A DNA stretch of 64,000 bases, from contig OZ242220.1 of assembly GCA_965206745.1 (NCBI GenBank), positions 576,001-640,000 on the forward strand, given 5' to 3'. Under the pieces are notes generated by a model. It was not told the origin of the DNA. It saw only the letters and a list, made by a program, of their open reading frames with translations, and made no database searches. How positions within the stretch are numbered: the first letter of the stretch is position 1; each line of letters begins with the position of its first letter. The translations under genes were made by a program, and so were the position numbers. The DNA is from Nitrosopumilus sp. Lineage in GTDB: Archaea > Thermoproteota > Nitrososphaeria > Nitrososphaerales > Nitrosopumilaceae. Below are positions 1 through 9,117 of this stretch, piece after piece.

Positions 1-1626
1 GACCCCAATCGGGACAAGAACAGCTTTTGGTACAAGATTCTTGGAAACCAGGTGACTCCGAAGATTCTCTTTGATTTTATCTGTAACTGGTCACCTGACA
101 TTAACGGTGTGGCAAAGTATGCCCCCTATGGATTAAGAAAGTTGGAGGCCGGTCTGTTACGTGACGGATTCTCACGAAAGGATGTGGTCATTGCACACCC
201 CAATCACATTGAAAAGTTCATTGGCCCTGAAACTGAGGTCATTGGAACCTATGAGATGGATCCCCTTGGCATGGGTCCTGTCACCATGACATTTACTTAT
301 GGACGAAAGCAGACCTCTTACGATGAATTTTACAATGCGGAACTGCATCATAGAATCAAAGCTGCAAAGGAGAGAACCGGAAGCAAGGCAAAAGTAATCT
401 CCGGCGCATCTGGAACATGGCAGTACAACTATGATCCTGCAAAGATTGAGGAGTTTGGAATCTATGCGATACTTGAGGGGGAGCTTGGTGGTATAGCACC
501 CGAGATTGACGGCCATGCTGGCAGGTTCTTCAACTATCTGATCAATGGCGACTTTGAAAACATGGACCCCTTTAGAAAGAGAAGCGACTTTAAAGTTAAC
601 ATTAAAGAGTTTGAAAGAGACGGGAAAAAGATCCATGCACGGTTTGTAAACTTTTGGGACAGGCCGGATCTAGAAGAGATTCCCAACATTGTGGAACCTA
701 GCATGCATGGGATGGTTGAGGTAATGCGCGGCTGTGGCAGGGGCTGCAAGTTCTGCGACGTCACCCTAAGATCCTTGAGATACTACTCACCAGAAAAAGT
801 CAAGGAGGAGATTGAGGTCAACATAAAGAAGGGCGGTTCAACCTCTGCATGGATTCACAGCGATGATATTTTCGTATATGGGATGGATCCTAGGACTGCA
901 AAGGGGATGGAGCCAAACAGGGAGGCATTGGAAGAGCTGTTCACTGCAATCATGTCCACTGGAGTCGAGCATACAAACCCGACCCACGGTACGCTTGCAG
1001 GCGCAATAGCCGATGAGAAACTAATTCCCAACCTATCTAAGATTATCAAAGCAGGTCCTGACAACATGATTGGCATTCAAGCCGGTTTTGAGACTGGCAG
1101 TCTGAGATTGATTGGCAAGTATGCTGACAGAAAGCTTGCACCATATGATCCGTCTGAATGGCACTGGGTTGTAAAGGAGGGTGTAAAGACCTTGAATCAG
1201 GACTATTGGATTCCAGCATTCACGCTGATCATGGGCCTGGACAATGACGAGACCCCTGAGGATTCCTGGGATACTATTAGACTGCTCAGTGAATTGGAGC
1301 ATGAGCAGCCAGACTCGATGTTTACTGCCACTGCCTTGACCTTTGTCCCAATCGGCCTGCTTGAAAAGTCCGACTTTTTCCATATTGGAAACGAGATGAC
1401 TCCTGCACAACTGGGGGTTCTTTACAAGACGTGGCAGCACAATTTCAAATACGGCATTCAAAAATTCATGACCAAGACTGGTGCCAAAGGTCCCCAGAGA
1501 TACTTTTTCAATGCCATAGCCAGGTCACTTGGCGGTGTACCACTTGGTGCAATGGAAAAGTATGCACGCAGAAAGAGCAAGGAGCACGAGAAGGTTATTG
1601 AGACTGTCAAGGCCAAATACTGGTAG
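1..1626 (+). CDS. Radical SAM protein (B12-binding/radical SAM type), probably 5'-truncated by the window edge
   Basis: CxxxCxxC motif (RGCGRGCKFC); frame is open from position 1 (DPNRDKNSFWYKILGNQVTPK...), so the true start may lie upstream. Confidence 0.85.
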   Translation, partial: DPNRDKNSFWYKILGNQVTPKILFDFICNWSPDINGVAKYAPYGLRKLEAGLLRDGFSRKDVVIAHPNHIEKFIGPETEVIGTYEMDPLGMGPVTMTFTYGRKQTSYDEFYNAELHHRIKAAKERTGSKAKVISGASGTWQYNYDPAKIEEFGIYAILEGELGGIAPEIDGHAGRFFNYLINGDFENMDPFRKRSDFKVNIKEFERDGKKIHARFVNFWDRPDLEEIPNIVEPSMHGMVEVMRGCGRGCKFCDVTLRSLRYYSPEKVKEEIEVNIKKGGSTSAWIHSDDIFVYGMDPRTAKGMEPNREALEELFTAIMSTGVEHTNPTHGTLAGAIADEKLIPNLSKIIKAGPDNMIGIQAGFETGSLRLIGKYADRKLAPYDPSEWHWVVKEGVKTLNQDYWIPAFTLIMGLDNDETPEDSWDTIRLLSELEHEQPDSMFTATALTFVPIGLLEKSDFFHIGNEMTPAQLGVLYKTWQHNFKYGIQKFMTKTGAKGPQRYFFNAIARSLGGVPLGAMEKYARRKSKEHEKVIETVKAKYW

Positions 1627-1667
1627 TCATCCAAATACATAAATTCACTAATTCCTGACTCTAAACC

Positions 1668-1850
1668 ATGGCAACACACGGTTCACTTACCAAGGCAGGC
1701 AAGGTGCGGGGACAGACTCCCAAAGTTGAGGGCAGAAAGATTGTCGGTACCAGTTCCAGTGTTGGAAACAAGAGTAACTTTAGGAAACGATTTGTTTTGG
1801 GCAGATACCCTGGTCAAAACAAGCCTGGACAAAGAAAGAAGAGACGATAG
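1668..1850 (+). CDS. rps30e: 30S ribosomal protein S30e
   Basis: HGSLTKAGKVRGQTPKV signature; basic, 60 aa. Confidence 0.95.
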   Translation: MATHGSLTKAGKVRGQTPKVEGRKIVGTSSSVGNKSNFRKRFVLGRYPGQNKPGQRKKRR

Positions 1851-1869
1851 TACATTTTAGAATATTCTG

Positions 1870-2260
1870 CATAACCATTATTCCGAGGGATTCCCTCACA
1901 GCTGGCATGTGTAGTCCTCTGATAAATTCCTCATATGATGACTCCCAGTTCACATGATTTTGTCCTGTTCATTCCAATCCTAGAGTATTCTGCTCTGGTT
2001 ACAAATGATGATCTGATCAATGTTTGACTAGAGTCCCTTTGGGTAGTCATCCCCTGTGACGCTAAAAACACCGACTATACAGTTGAATGAAAATACCTGC
2101 CAACCAACCTATGAAAGCAAATTCTGTCAAGATATGACCCTTGGTTTTATTTCTTTGAAGATGTGGCTTGCTTTCAAATTCTTGCATGCTTCTCTTACCT
2201 TGCTGACTTTATCATGCAGGAATTACAGAATGTATGCCACATTTGCATTCATTTTGTGGA
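1870..2260 (-). pseudogene. Possible decayed tyrosine recombinase/integrase fragment
   Basis: Minus-strand translation with stops and frameshifts gives FLHDKVSKVREACKNLKASHIF (box-I-like) and, restoring one base, KH(L)IRSSFVTRA (HxxR box-II-like). Confidence 0.3.
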
Positions 2261-2546
2261 TTGATTCTGAATCCTATCCTTTCTCAAACACCATCATCTT
2301 TACTGATTTGTGAGAATATATTTTTGATCTCAAGTCTAATGGGTTTAGGATGGTTTTATGCAAAGAGGATGCATGGTAAAAGAATTTTAAAAAACGAAAT
2401 GACAAACCTTGCAATTAATAAAAAATTACTGTTGTTAATGCAAAAAATCAAAATCAGGCAATGTTTGCAAGTTTAGACAAAAATATTATTAATATATTAG
2501 AAAATCAATGAAAATTTGTACATGTTAAAAAAATTATCAGATCTAG

Positions 2547-3107
2547 ATGAATCAATATCACAGGAGACGGAAAAAATATTACAGAGTTTTTAATATGATG
2601 CTAGTTCCAGAAATTTTTATGCCAAATTCTAGTGACAATGAACTAATCAATATTCTTGTTGAGAAATATGATGGATTTGAGATATTTTGGTATCATTGGC
2701 CCCATGATGGAGATGTTCTTTTAAGACGATTTTTCGGGGAAGAAGATTATGAACCCATAATTCTACTTTATGACGTTGATGGTTCATTTATTGGACTTGT
2801 TACAAGACCGCATTGGAAATATCGTGATTATTATCTAAATGATGGATTAGATACTCCTCCTAAAATCTTGTTTGAGAATGAATTTCATCCTCCGTATCCT
2901 AGAACTGATGAAAATAATTTGCAGTTCGATGAAAAAATTATAAAAATGATTTCTAGTGATTTAATTCCTATAGTGATTGAATCATCTAGAATTATGGAAA
3001 AATTTCGATCTGGAAAAGGTCATAGGACTAATTATAAATTCAAAAAGATGGATGATCCTGTTTCTGTGGCCCAACAATTAATCGATGACTATGATGCTAA
3101 ATTATGA
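2547..3107 (+). CDS. Hypothetical protein in AT-rich islet (likely start ATG at 2595)
   Basis: 186-aa ORF, markedly AT-rich; motif-like WYHWPHDG, EEDYEP, RPHW, FHPPY. Confidence 0.7.
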   Translation: MNQYHRRRKKYYRVFNMMLVPEIFMPNSSDNELINILVEKYDGFEIFWYHWPHDGDVLLRRFFGEEDYEPIILLYDVDGSFIGLVTRPHWKYRDYYLNDGLDTPPKILFENEFHPPYPRTDENNLQFDEKIIKMISSDLIPIVIESSRIMEKFRSGKGHRTNYKFKKMDDPVSVAQQLIDDYDAKL

Positions 3108-3151
3108 TATAATTAATCATATGATTAATTATATAACTTCAAATACTACAA

Positions 3152-3889
3152 ATGACCAATCACGGTATGGACAAAAATGAAAGAATTTCATTTGCATTAC
3201 AATACGGATTGCGTGAAGAAGAGACTCTAAAAGAAACAGAACAAATGGTTAAGGATAATATTTTACCAAAGAGTAAAAATGAAATTTTCCGTAGAGGGTT
3301 ACATGCTTGTAGATATTTGGCTGAAGTTGATGAGAAATTTTTGCTGACGTTACTATCTGAAACATTACACAAATTATCGAAATATTATTTCCCAATGGAT
3401 CTTAAATTGGCAAAAGACCTGGCATTGACAGTATATGCGATAAAAATATCTAAGCAAGGTGCAGAAAGTGCAGAAATTTTTGAAACTATTGTTCATTCAA
3501 TTGAAATATTTAATCAAATTCGAACCCAACATTTGAATGCGGAACAAGAAGCAGATCTATGCAAAGAAATAGAAAAGATTGCAATTAGTCTGGATACAAT
3601 ATTCTTGAAACCAAAAATGAAAGAACATGATGCTTGGATTGTGTATCTAAATACATTCAGGCAACTATTATCAGATCAAATTATTTCATTAGATGATTCT
3701 GCCAAATTTGAAAAAGCATCAAAAAAACCTAGTGGAAAAATAGATGTTAAATCTAGATCAACAAAATCAAGTGGAGTAAGAACAATGGTTGCAGCTAAAC
3801 TAAAAAAGCGAACAGTAGGAATAAAATTCAAAGCAAGATCAAAATCTGACAGAACAAAACCCAAAAAAGACAATGCATTACAAGTATGA
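3152..3889 (+). CDS. Hypothetical protein; possible N-terminal ribbon-helix-helix domain and Lys-rich C-terminal tail
   Basis: 245-aa ORF, AT-rich; RISFAL...KSKNEIFRRGL resembles a CopG/RHH pattern; last ~55 aa strongly K/S/R-rich. Confidence 0.7.
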   Translation: MTNHGMDKNERISFALQYGLREEETLKETEQMVKDNILPKSKNEIFRRGLHACRYLAEVDEKFLLTLLSETLHKLSKYYFPMDLKLAKDLALTVYAIKISKQGAESAEIFETIVHSIEIFNQIRTQHLNAEQEADLCKEIEKIAISLDTIFLKPKMKEHDAWIVYLNTFRQLLSDQIISLDDSAKFEKASKKPSGKIDVKSRSTKSSGVRTMVAAKLKKRTVGIKFKARSKSDRTKPKKDNALQV

Positions 3890-3959
3890 TTTAGAAATAA
3901 TTTTATTTTGACAATCCAACAACTTCAATACTTTTACCAAGTTATGTCATTAGTTCATC

Positions 3960-4155
3960 ACTTTATTCTCCAAGTTTTGATATTTCTTTACTATGTCTTT
4001 GTTCCTTTCTTAATTGCTTTAAAATCCGAGATTGTAAGATGTGGTTCAGCTTGAAGATGCATCTTTTGTTTTTTAGCTGATATTTGATATTGACAAATAT
4101 TCGTGCAAAATCAATATCCCTGTCTTTACAACTTGGCAGAAATCCTGAAAAAATC
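3960..4155 (-). pseudogene. Decayed C-terminal fragment of a thaumarchaeal-type tyrosine integrase
   Basis: Minus-strand fragments FFRISAK / KDRDIDFARIF / QYQISAKKQKMHLQAEPHLTISDFKAIKK / KDIVKKYQNLENK in shifting frames; resembles, from recall, the ...YL.AEP.LTISD + coiled-coil tail of Nitrosopumilus-type integrases. Confidence 0.45.
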
Positions 4156-4212
4156 CCAATTTTATAGTTGTAATGAAGCCACTAATCTATTGATTCGTGA
4201 CCCACAACGGTA

Positions 4213-4224
4213 CCCTTATAAAGT
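4213..4224 (+). promoter_or_regulatory. TATA-box-like element of radA (probably leaderless transcript)
   Basis: CTTATAAA ~25-30 nt upstream of the ATG at 4246. Confidence 0.5.
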
Positions 4225-4245
4225 ACTAGTACCGTACAATACGGT

Positions 4246-5499
4246 ATGGTTGAAGATTTAAAACTAGATAGTTTAGAGGGCGTAGGTCCTGTAACTACAA
4301 GAAAATTATCCGATGCAGGTGTACACAACGTCATGGACCTCATCGTTAGGGGTCCTGTTGAAATTGCAGCAATTACTGGAATGGAAAAGGACACTGCTGA
4401 AAAAATTGTCAACAAGGCCCGACAACATTTAGTTGAAGGCGGACTGATTGCTAAGGATTTTGTCAGTGCAAGTGAGATTTACAAATACAGACAAAGTATT
4501 GGTAAAATTACGACTGGTACTAATTGCCTTGACACACTCTTTGATGGCGGTATTGAAACCCAAGCATTGACTGAAGTTTATGGTGAGTTTGGTTGTGGCA
4601 AAACACAATTTGCACATACCATGTCAGTAATGGTTCAAAAAAGCAAGGAAGAAGGCGGACTGGACGGTTCTGTTTTGTACATCGATACTGAAAATACTTT
4701 CAGACCTGAAAGAATTGTATCTATTGCTCAAGCACATGATATGGATCCTGAGAAAGTCTTAGATCGTATCATCGTAGCTCGTGCATACAACAGTTCACAT
4801 CAAGTATTGATTTTGGAAGAAGCCGGACCTGTAATTGAAGAAAACAATGTCAAACTAATTGTTGCAGATTCTGCAGTTGGTCTGTTCCGTGCTGAATATC
4901 TTGGCAGGGGAACATTGTCTGTAAGACAACAAAAACTAAACCACTTTGTTCATTTGTTGTCTAGAATTGCAGAAACATACAACTGTGCTGCACTTGCAAC
5001 CAACCAAGTTATGGCATCACCTGATGTCTTCTTTGGAGATCCAACACGTCCAATCGGTGGAAATGTGGTTGCACATACAAGTACCTATAGGATCTACTTT
5101 AAAAAATCCGGCAAGAAAAGAATTGCTAGGATGGTGGATAGTCCTCATCATCCTGAAGAGGAAGTAATCTTTGCTCTAGGTGAAGCAGGCGTAGTTGATC
5201 CTGAAGAAGCTGAGAAAAAGACCAAAAAAGTCACTAAAAAAGCAACTGCCAAAAAGACCAAAAAATCCGAGGTAGAAGTCCCAGCAGAAACACCCGAGGT
5301 AGAAGCCAAAGTGGAAACACCAGAGGTAGAGACCCCTGCAGTAGATGCCACGGTGGAAACACCAGAGGTAGAAGCCAAAGTGGAAACACCAGAGGTAGAG
5401 ACCTCTGCAGAAACACCCGTCGAGACCCCGATGGAAACCCCTGAGGTAGAAGCTCCAGCAGAAGTCGAAACTGATAATTTCGATCCTGTGGAAGAGTAA
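4246..5499 (+). CDS. radA: DNA repair and recombination protein RadA with long acidic C-terminal extension
   Basis: N-terminal HhH domain, Walker A GEFGCGKTQ, YIDTENTFRPER, GGNVVAH, RIARMVDSP. Confidence 0.97.
   Translation: MVEDLKLDSLEGVGPVTTRKLSDAGVHNVMDLIVRGPVEIAAITGMEKDTAEKIVNKARQHLVEGGLIAKDFVSASEIYKYRQSIGKITTGTNCLDTLFDGGIETQALTEVYGEFGCGKTQFAHTMSVMVQKSKEEGGLDGSVLYIDTENTFRPERIVSIAQAHDMDPEKVLDRIIVARAYNSSHQVLILEEAGPVIEENNVKLIVADSAVGLFRAEYLGRGTLSVRQQKLNHFVHLLSRIAETYNCAALATNQVMASPDVFFGDPTRPIGGNVVAHTSTYRIYFKKSGKKRIARMVDSPHHPEEEVIFALGEAGVVDPEEAEKKTKKVTKKATAKKTKKSEVEVPAETPEVEAKVETPEVETPAVDATVETPEVEAKVETPEVETSAETPVETPMETPEVEAPAEVETDNFDPVEE
5268..5470 (+). repeat. Coding low-complexity repeat (ETPEVE / VEAKVETPEVE) in the RadA tail
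   Basis: GAGGTAGAAGCCAAAGTGGAAACACCAGAGGTAGAGACC occurs at ~5296 and ~5365, plus shorter degenerate units. Confidence 0.85.
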
Positions 5500-5500
5500 A

Positions 5501-5537
5501 CCCTCTTTCTCCCCCTTTTTCACTCTTTTTGCTTTTC
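5501..5537 (+). terminator. Pyrimidine/oligo-T tract, archaeal intrinsic terminator after radA
   Basis: CCCTCTTTCTCCCCCTTTTTCACTCTTTTTGCTTTTC immediately after the stop. Confidence 0.5.
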
Positions 5538-5584
5538 AGTTAAATCATTAAATTATGAAATATTTATCATGAATCTGTTAACAC

Positions 5585-6640
5585 ATGACGGATCTTTATC
5601 GATTACTTCCAGAAGAGATGGAACAGCTTGTATTGGATATGGGGTATCCACGATATCGGGCAGATCAGATCTTGCTTCCCCTATACTACAAATTTCCAAA
5701 AGATCTTGATGACATACCCCAACTTCCGAAAAAATTAAGAGAAGAATTGACTGCCGCAGGATACACCATCGGCTCTGCACAAGAAACCCATCGCGTCACA
5801 AGTGATGATGGGGATACGACAAAACTGCTGCTCAACCTTGATAACAGCAAATCTGTGGAATCTGTTCTGATGCAGTATGATCCATCCAAGATTGGAGGCC
5901 ATCCGCGTTCCACCATCTGTGTCTCTACCCAAATTGGATGTGCAATGGGATGCGTATTCTGTGCGACTGGACAGATGGGTTTTGAAACAAATCTGAGGGC
6001 AGAACATATCGTATCGCAGGTGATCCACTTTGCAGAAATACTGCAGCAGAGAGGCGAGCATGTGACAAATTTGGTTTTTATGGGCATGGGGGAACCGATG
6101 GCAAACTATGATGAGATGATTCGGGCAGTAAAGATCCTAACGCATGATAGGGGGTTTGGATTGGGTCAAAGGCACGTCACAATCTCCACTATTGGAATAA
6201 AGTCGGGAATTCAAAGACTTGCCGATGAAAATCTGCAGATAGGTCTGGCAATCTCCCTTCATGCTCCAAACAATGAATTGAGAAAAAAACTGGTTCCTAC
6301 TGCTGCTCCCAACTCAGTAGAGGAGATAATTGAGATGGGACACGATTATTTTAAAAAAACTGGACGCCGTGTGACATTCGAGTATGCACTGATGGCAGGA
6401 GTCAATGATTCTGCTCAGACTGCAACAGAACTGGCCGGACTCTTGCGCGGTAATGGCTCCCATGTGAACCTGATCCCGATTAATCCGACTGCCGGTGACT
6501 TTGAGCGCCCGTCTGAAAAAAGCATACTCGAGTTTGAGCAGATTTTATCCAAAGCCGGAGTAAACTGTACGATTCGAATAGAAAAGGGCACGGAGATCTC
6601 AGCGGCATGTGGCCAGCTCAGAACCGATCTTATCGGCTAA
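5585..6640 (+). CDS. rlmN: 23S rRNA m2A2503 methyltransferase RlmN (radical SAM)
   Basis: CVSTQIGCAMGCVFC, MGMGEP, ISLH, AACGQL. Confidence 0.93.
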   Translation: MTDLYRLLPEEMEQLVLDMGYPRYRADQILLPLYYKFPKDLDDIPQLPKKLREELTAAGYTIGSAQETHRVTSDDGDTTKLLLNLDNSKSVESVLMQYDPSKIGGHPRSTICVSTQIGCAMGCVFCATGQMGFETNLRAEHIVSQVIHFAEILQQRGEHVTNLVFMGMGEPMANYDEMIRAVKILTHDRGFGLGQRHVTISTIGIKSGIQRLADENLQIGLAISLHAPNNELRKKLVPTAAPNSVEEIIEMGHDYFKKTGRRVTFEYALMAGVNDSAQTATELAGLLRGNGSHVNLIPINPTAGDFERPSEKSILEFEQILSKAGVNCTIRIEKGTEISAACGQLRTDLIG

Positions 6641-6695
6641 AACGTATCAAATGTGTACTAAGTCTTAAAATAGGGCTTTCAGGGATCTTACACTC

Positions 6696-6995
6696 ATGGC
6701 AACTAAGAAATCCCATGGTCGTTCACATGGGTTTAAGCATAAATCAAGATCTGTAATGAAGAAGAGGGCTCCCAGAGGAGTCTCGTTTCTGTTGCGTGAG
6801 TACCAGCAGGGTCAGCAGGCACTTGTCATCATTGATCCCAGACAGCACAAAGGACTGCCCCACAGACGGTACCATGGCAAGGTAGGTGTCATAACAAATG
6901 TCGGCAGGCGTGCCATTACCCTCGATGTAAAACTAGGCAACAAGTCAAAGACCTTAATCACTAGATTGGATCACATTAAACCGTTCGGTGTATGA
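6696..6995 (+). CDS. rpl21e: 50S ribosomal protein L21e
   Basis: GLPHRRYHGKVG motif; conserved rpl21e-rpo4-DUF655-rsmA order. Confidence 0.95.
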   Translation: MATKKSHGRSHGFKHKSRSVMKKRAPRGVSFLLREYQQGQQALVIIDPRQHKGLPHRRYHGKVGVITNVGRRAITLDVKLGNKSKTLITRLDHIKPFGV

Positions 6996-6996
6996 T

Positions 6997-7323
6997 ATGG
7001 AAGAAGTAAAAAAGAAACAAGCCATCTCCCTTGCAGAGGTCAAAGAGATCCTAGGCAAGGTCGACGTTGAGGCCATGGATCAGATTCAGCGTTGGACATA
7101 TGACTATGTTTCAAAATTTGTATCAACTGAATCAAAGGACGCAAAGGACATGAAGAAAAAACTCATCAAGGAATGTGAGTTGACTGAAGACGAGGCAGTT
7201 GAAATCGTCAACATCAGGCCCACAAGCTTGGCCGAACTGCGTTCGTTCACATTTGGATGGAAAAAACTGATTCTTGCCGAGACTCTGGAAAAAATGCTCA
7301 GAATAATCAAGGAGCACTCTTAA
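6997..7323 (+). CDS. rpo4: RNA polymerase subunit Rpo4 (F)
   Basis: ISLAEVKEIL...IVNIRPTSLAELRS pattern; position after rpl21e; ATG at 6997. Confidence 0.88.
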   Translation: MEEVKKKQAISLAEVKEILGKVDVEAMDQIQRWTYDYVSKFVSTESKDAKDMKKKLIKECELTEDEAVEIVNIRPTSLAELRSFTFGWKKLILAETLEKMLRIIKEHS

Positions 7324-7341
7324 GTTTTCAGGTGCACTCTA

Positions 7342-7908
7342 TTGTATCGGGCACAATCCTCACCTAGAAAGTATGAGGAACACGCATATGTATTGGATTT
7401 TACTTCGAGTGCCAGATCATCTACTGTGAGGGGCAGGGATGGAATCATTGTCACTGCTATTGGCGAGGACAGGCTGACTCTGCTGGAAGTTCTCGGGGTT
7501 CCAAATTCCACATTTGAGATTGGTGAGAAGATCTACATTGGCAAGGAGGGGCGTACCAAGGTCCTATCTGTTCTGGGAAAGATGGACTATGATAAAATCT
7601 CATCATCTGCCCAAAACGAGCTAGATTCTGTGGTTGAAATCATTGTAACTGACAATGAGCAAAAGTTTGTCACATATCTGAATAATGCCCAGCCACTGAC
7701 CCCTAGGATACATGCCCTGGAACTAATCCCGGGAATTGGCAAGACCTACATGAAGTCCATGCTCGAGGAGATGGAGAGGAAAAAGTTTGAGAGCTATCAG
7801 GATTTGCAAGAACGTGTGGGACTCAAGGATCCAGTCAAGCACATCTCAGAGCGCATCATCGATGAGATTACAGGCAAAAGCAGGATGAATCTCTTTGTAA
7901 AGAGATGA
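7342..7908 (+). CDS. DUF655 putative RNA-binding protein
   Basis: EEHAYVLDF, LTLLE, RIHALELIPGIGK (HhH); typical operon position. Confidence 0.9.
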   Translation: MYRAQSSPRKYEEHAYVLDFTSSARSSTVRGRDGIIVTAIGEDRLTLLEVLGVPNSTFEIGEKIYIGKEGRTKVLSVLGKMDYDKISSSAQNELDSVVEIIVTDNEQKFVTYLNNAQPLTPRIHALELIPGIGKTYMKSMLEEMERKKFESYQDLQERVGLKDPVKHISERIIDEITGKSRMNLFVKR

Positions 7909-8609
7909 TAAAACGAAGACGCCTCGGACAGCACTTTCTGACATCTGCTAGTATAGCAGAATCCATAGTCTCTGAGGCCAAAATTACCAAAAATGACACC
8001 GTCTTTGAGGTTGGGACAGGTCGCGGTATATTGACGCCCCTTTTGTGCCAAAGGGCTGCCAGGGTGATATCAGTTGATCTAGATGAGCAGCTAATCAGAG
8101 ATGCCAGATCCCGATTCTCTGATGTGGATAATCTCACCCTAAAGTCCGGTGACGGCTTGAAGAGTAAGGACACTTTTAGCATCTTTGTCTCCAATCTGCC
8201 GTATTCTAGGAGCAAGGATGCAATTGAATGGCTTGCACAAACCCCCTTCTCCCACGGTATCATAATGGTTCAAAAGGAGTTTGCCGAAAAATTACTGGCA
8301 AGTTCCTCCAAGCAGAGAAAGGCAGTAAGCGTCATTGCCGCATCCGCATTTGAAATGACAATCTCATCTCAGGTGGGCAGGAATAACTTTTCTCCGCGGC
8401 CAAAGATTGACTCTGTGGTACTGAAAATAACTCAAAAAAACAGGCTGTCCCGGGAACTTGTACAGACAATCAACAGGATATTCTCATATCGGAGAAAGAC
8501 TGTCAAAAATATTCTAAAACAGTTCGATAAGGAATCCGATGTGGATAAGCGAATAGATGATCTCACAGTCAGGGAGATAGTTGATCTTGCAGGCAAAATC
8601 CTTCAATGA
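7905..8609 (+). CDS. rsmA: 16S rRNA dimethyladenosine transferase RsmA/KsgA
   Basis: LGQHFL, EVGTGRG, SNLPY, MVQKEFA, FSPRPKIDS. Confidence 0.92.
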   Translation: MIKRRRLGQHFLTSASIAESIVSEAKITKNDTVFEVGTGRGILTPLLCQRAARVISVDLDEQLIRDARSRFSDVDNLTLKSGDGLKSKDTFSIFVSNLPYSRSKDAIEWLAQTPFSHGIIMVQKEFAEKLLASSSKQRKAVSVIAASAFEMTISSQVGRNNFSPRPKIDSVVLKITQKNRLSRELVQTINRIFSYRRKTVKNILKQFDKESDVDKRIDDLTVREIVDLAGKILQ

Positions 8610-9117
8610 TGAGTATCCTCCGTCTGAGGATACTTTTTTTATTGCAAACAACATTGAGGACCAAAGGGGGGACTGTGCGCTAGATGTCGGAAGCGGTTCG
8701 GGCTATCTTACAAAGCTGCTCTGTGAGAATTTCTCACTTGTAGTGGGCACTGATGTCAACTTTGACGTGCTTAAAAACCAGACCTACAAGACAGAAAATC
8801 TGGTCTGCTGCAACGGTTCAGATGCACTGGGAATAAAGTTTGACTTTATCGTGTGCAACCTGCCCTATCTTGCAACTGATCAAATTCTGGATGTTGCAAC
8901 TGATGGGGGCAGAGACGGGTTTGAAGTTCCAAAAAGAATACTTGACTCTGTAGTTGTTAACATGGCTAAAAACGGAAAGTTTGTCTTTGTCACATCCTCA
9001 CTGTCTGACTATTCAAAATTGATTCGCTATGCGCAAAAACTGGGCCTGAAAACCAGGATAATGGCAAGAAAGAAACTCTTCTTTGAGGAGCTCATTCTAG
9101 TTGAGACCATATTCTGA
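8581..9117 (+). CDS. HemK2/PrmC-like protein methyltransferase
   Basis: YPPSEDT, LDVGSGSG, NLPYL, DGGRDG. Confidence 0.88.
   Translation: MILQAKSFNDEYPPSEDTFFIANNIEDQRGDCALDVGSGSGYLTKLLCENFSLVVGTDVNFDVLKNQTYKTENLVCCNGSDALGIKFDFIVCNLPYLATDQILDVATDGGRDGFEVPKRILDSVVVNMAKNGKFVFVTSSLSDYSKLIRYAQKLGLKTRIMARKKLFFEELILVETIF

Noticed and set aside
2056-2476. Plus-strand 85-aa and 80-aa ORFs
   Set aside because: Overlapping, motif-less and probably spurious; a minus-strand decayed gene explains the region better
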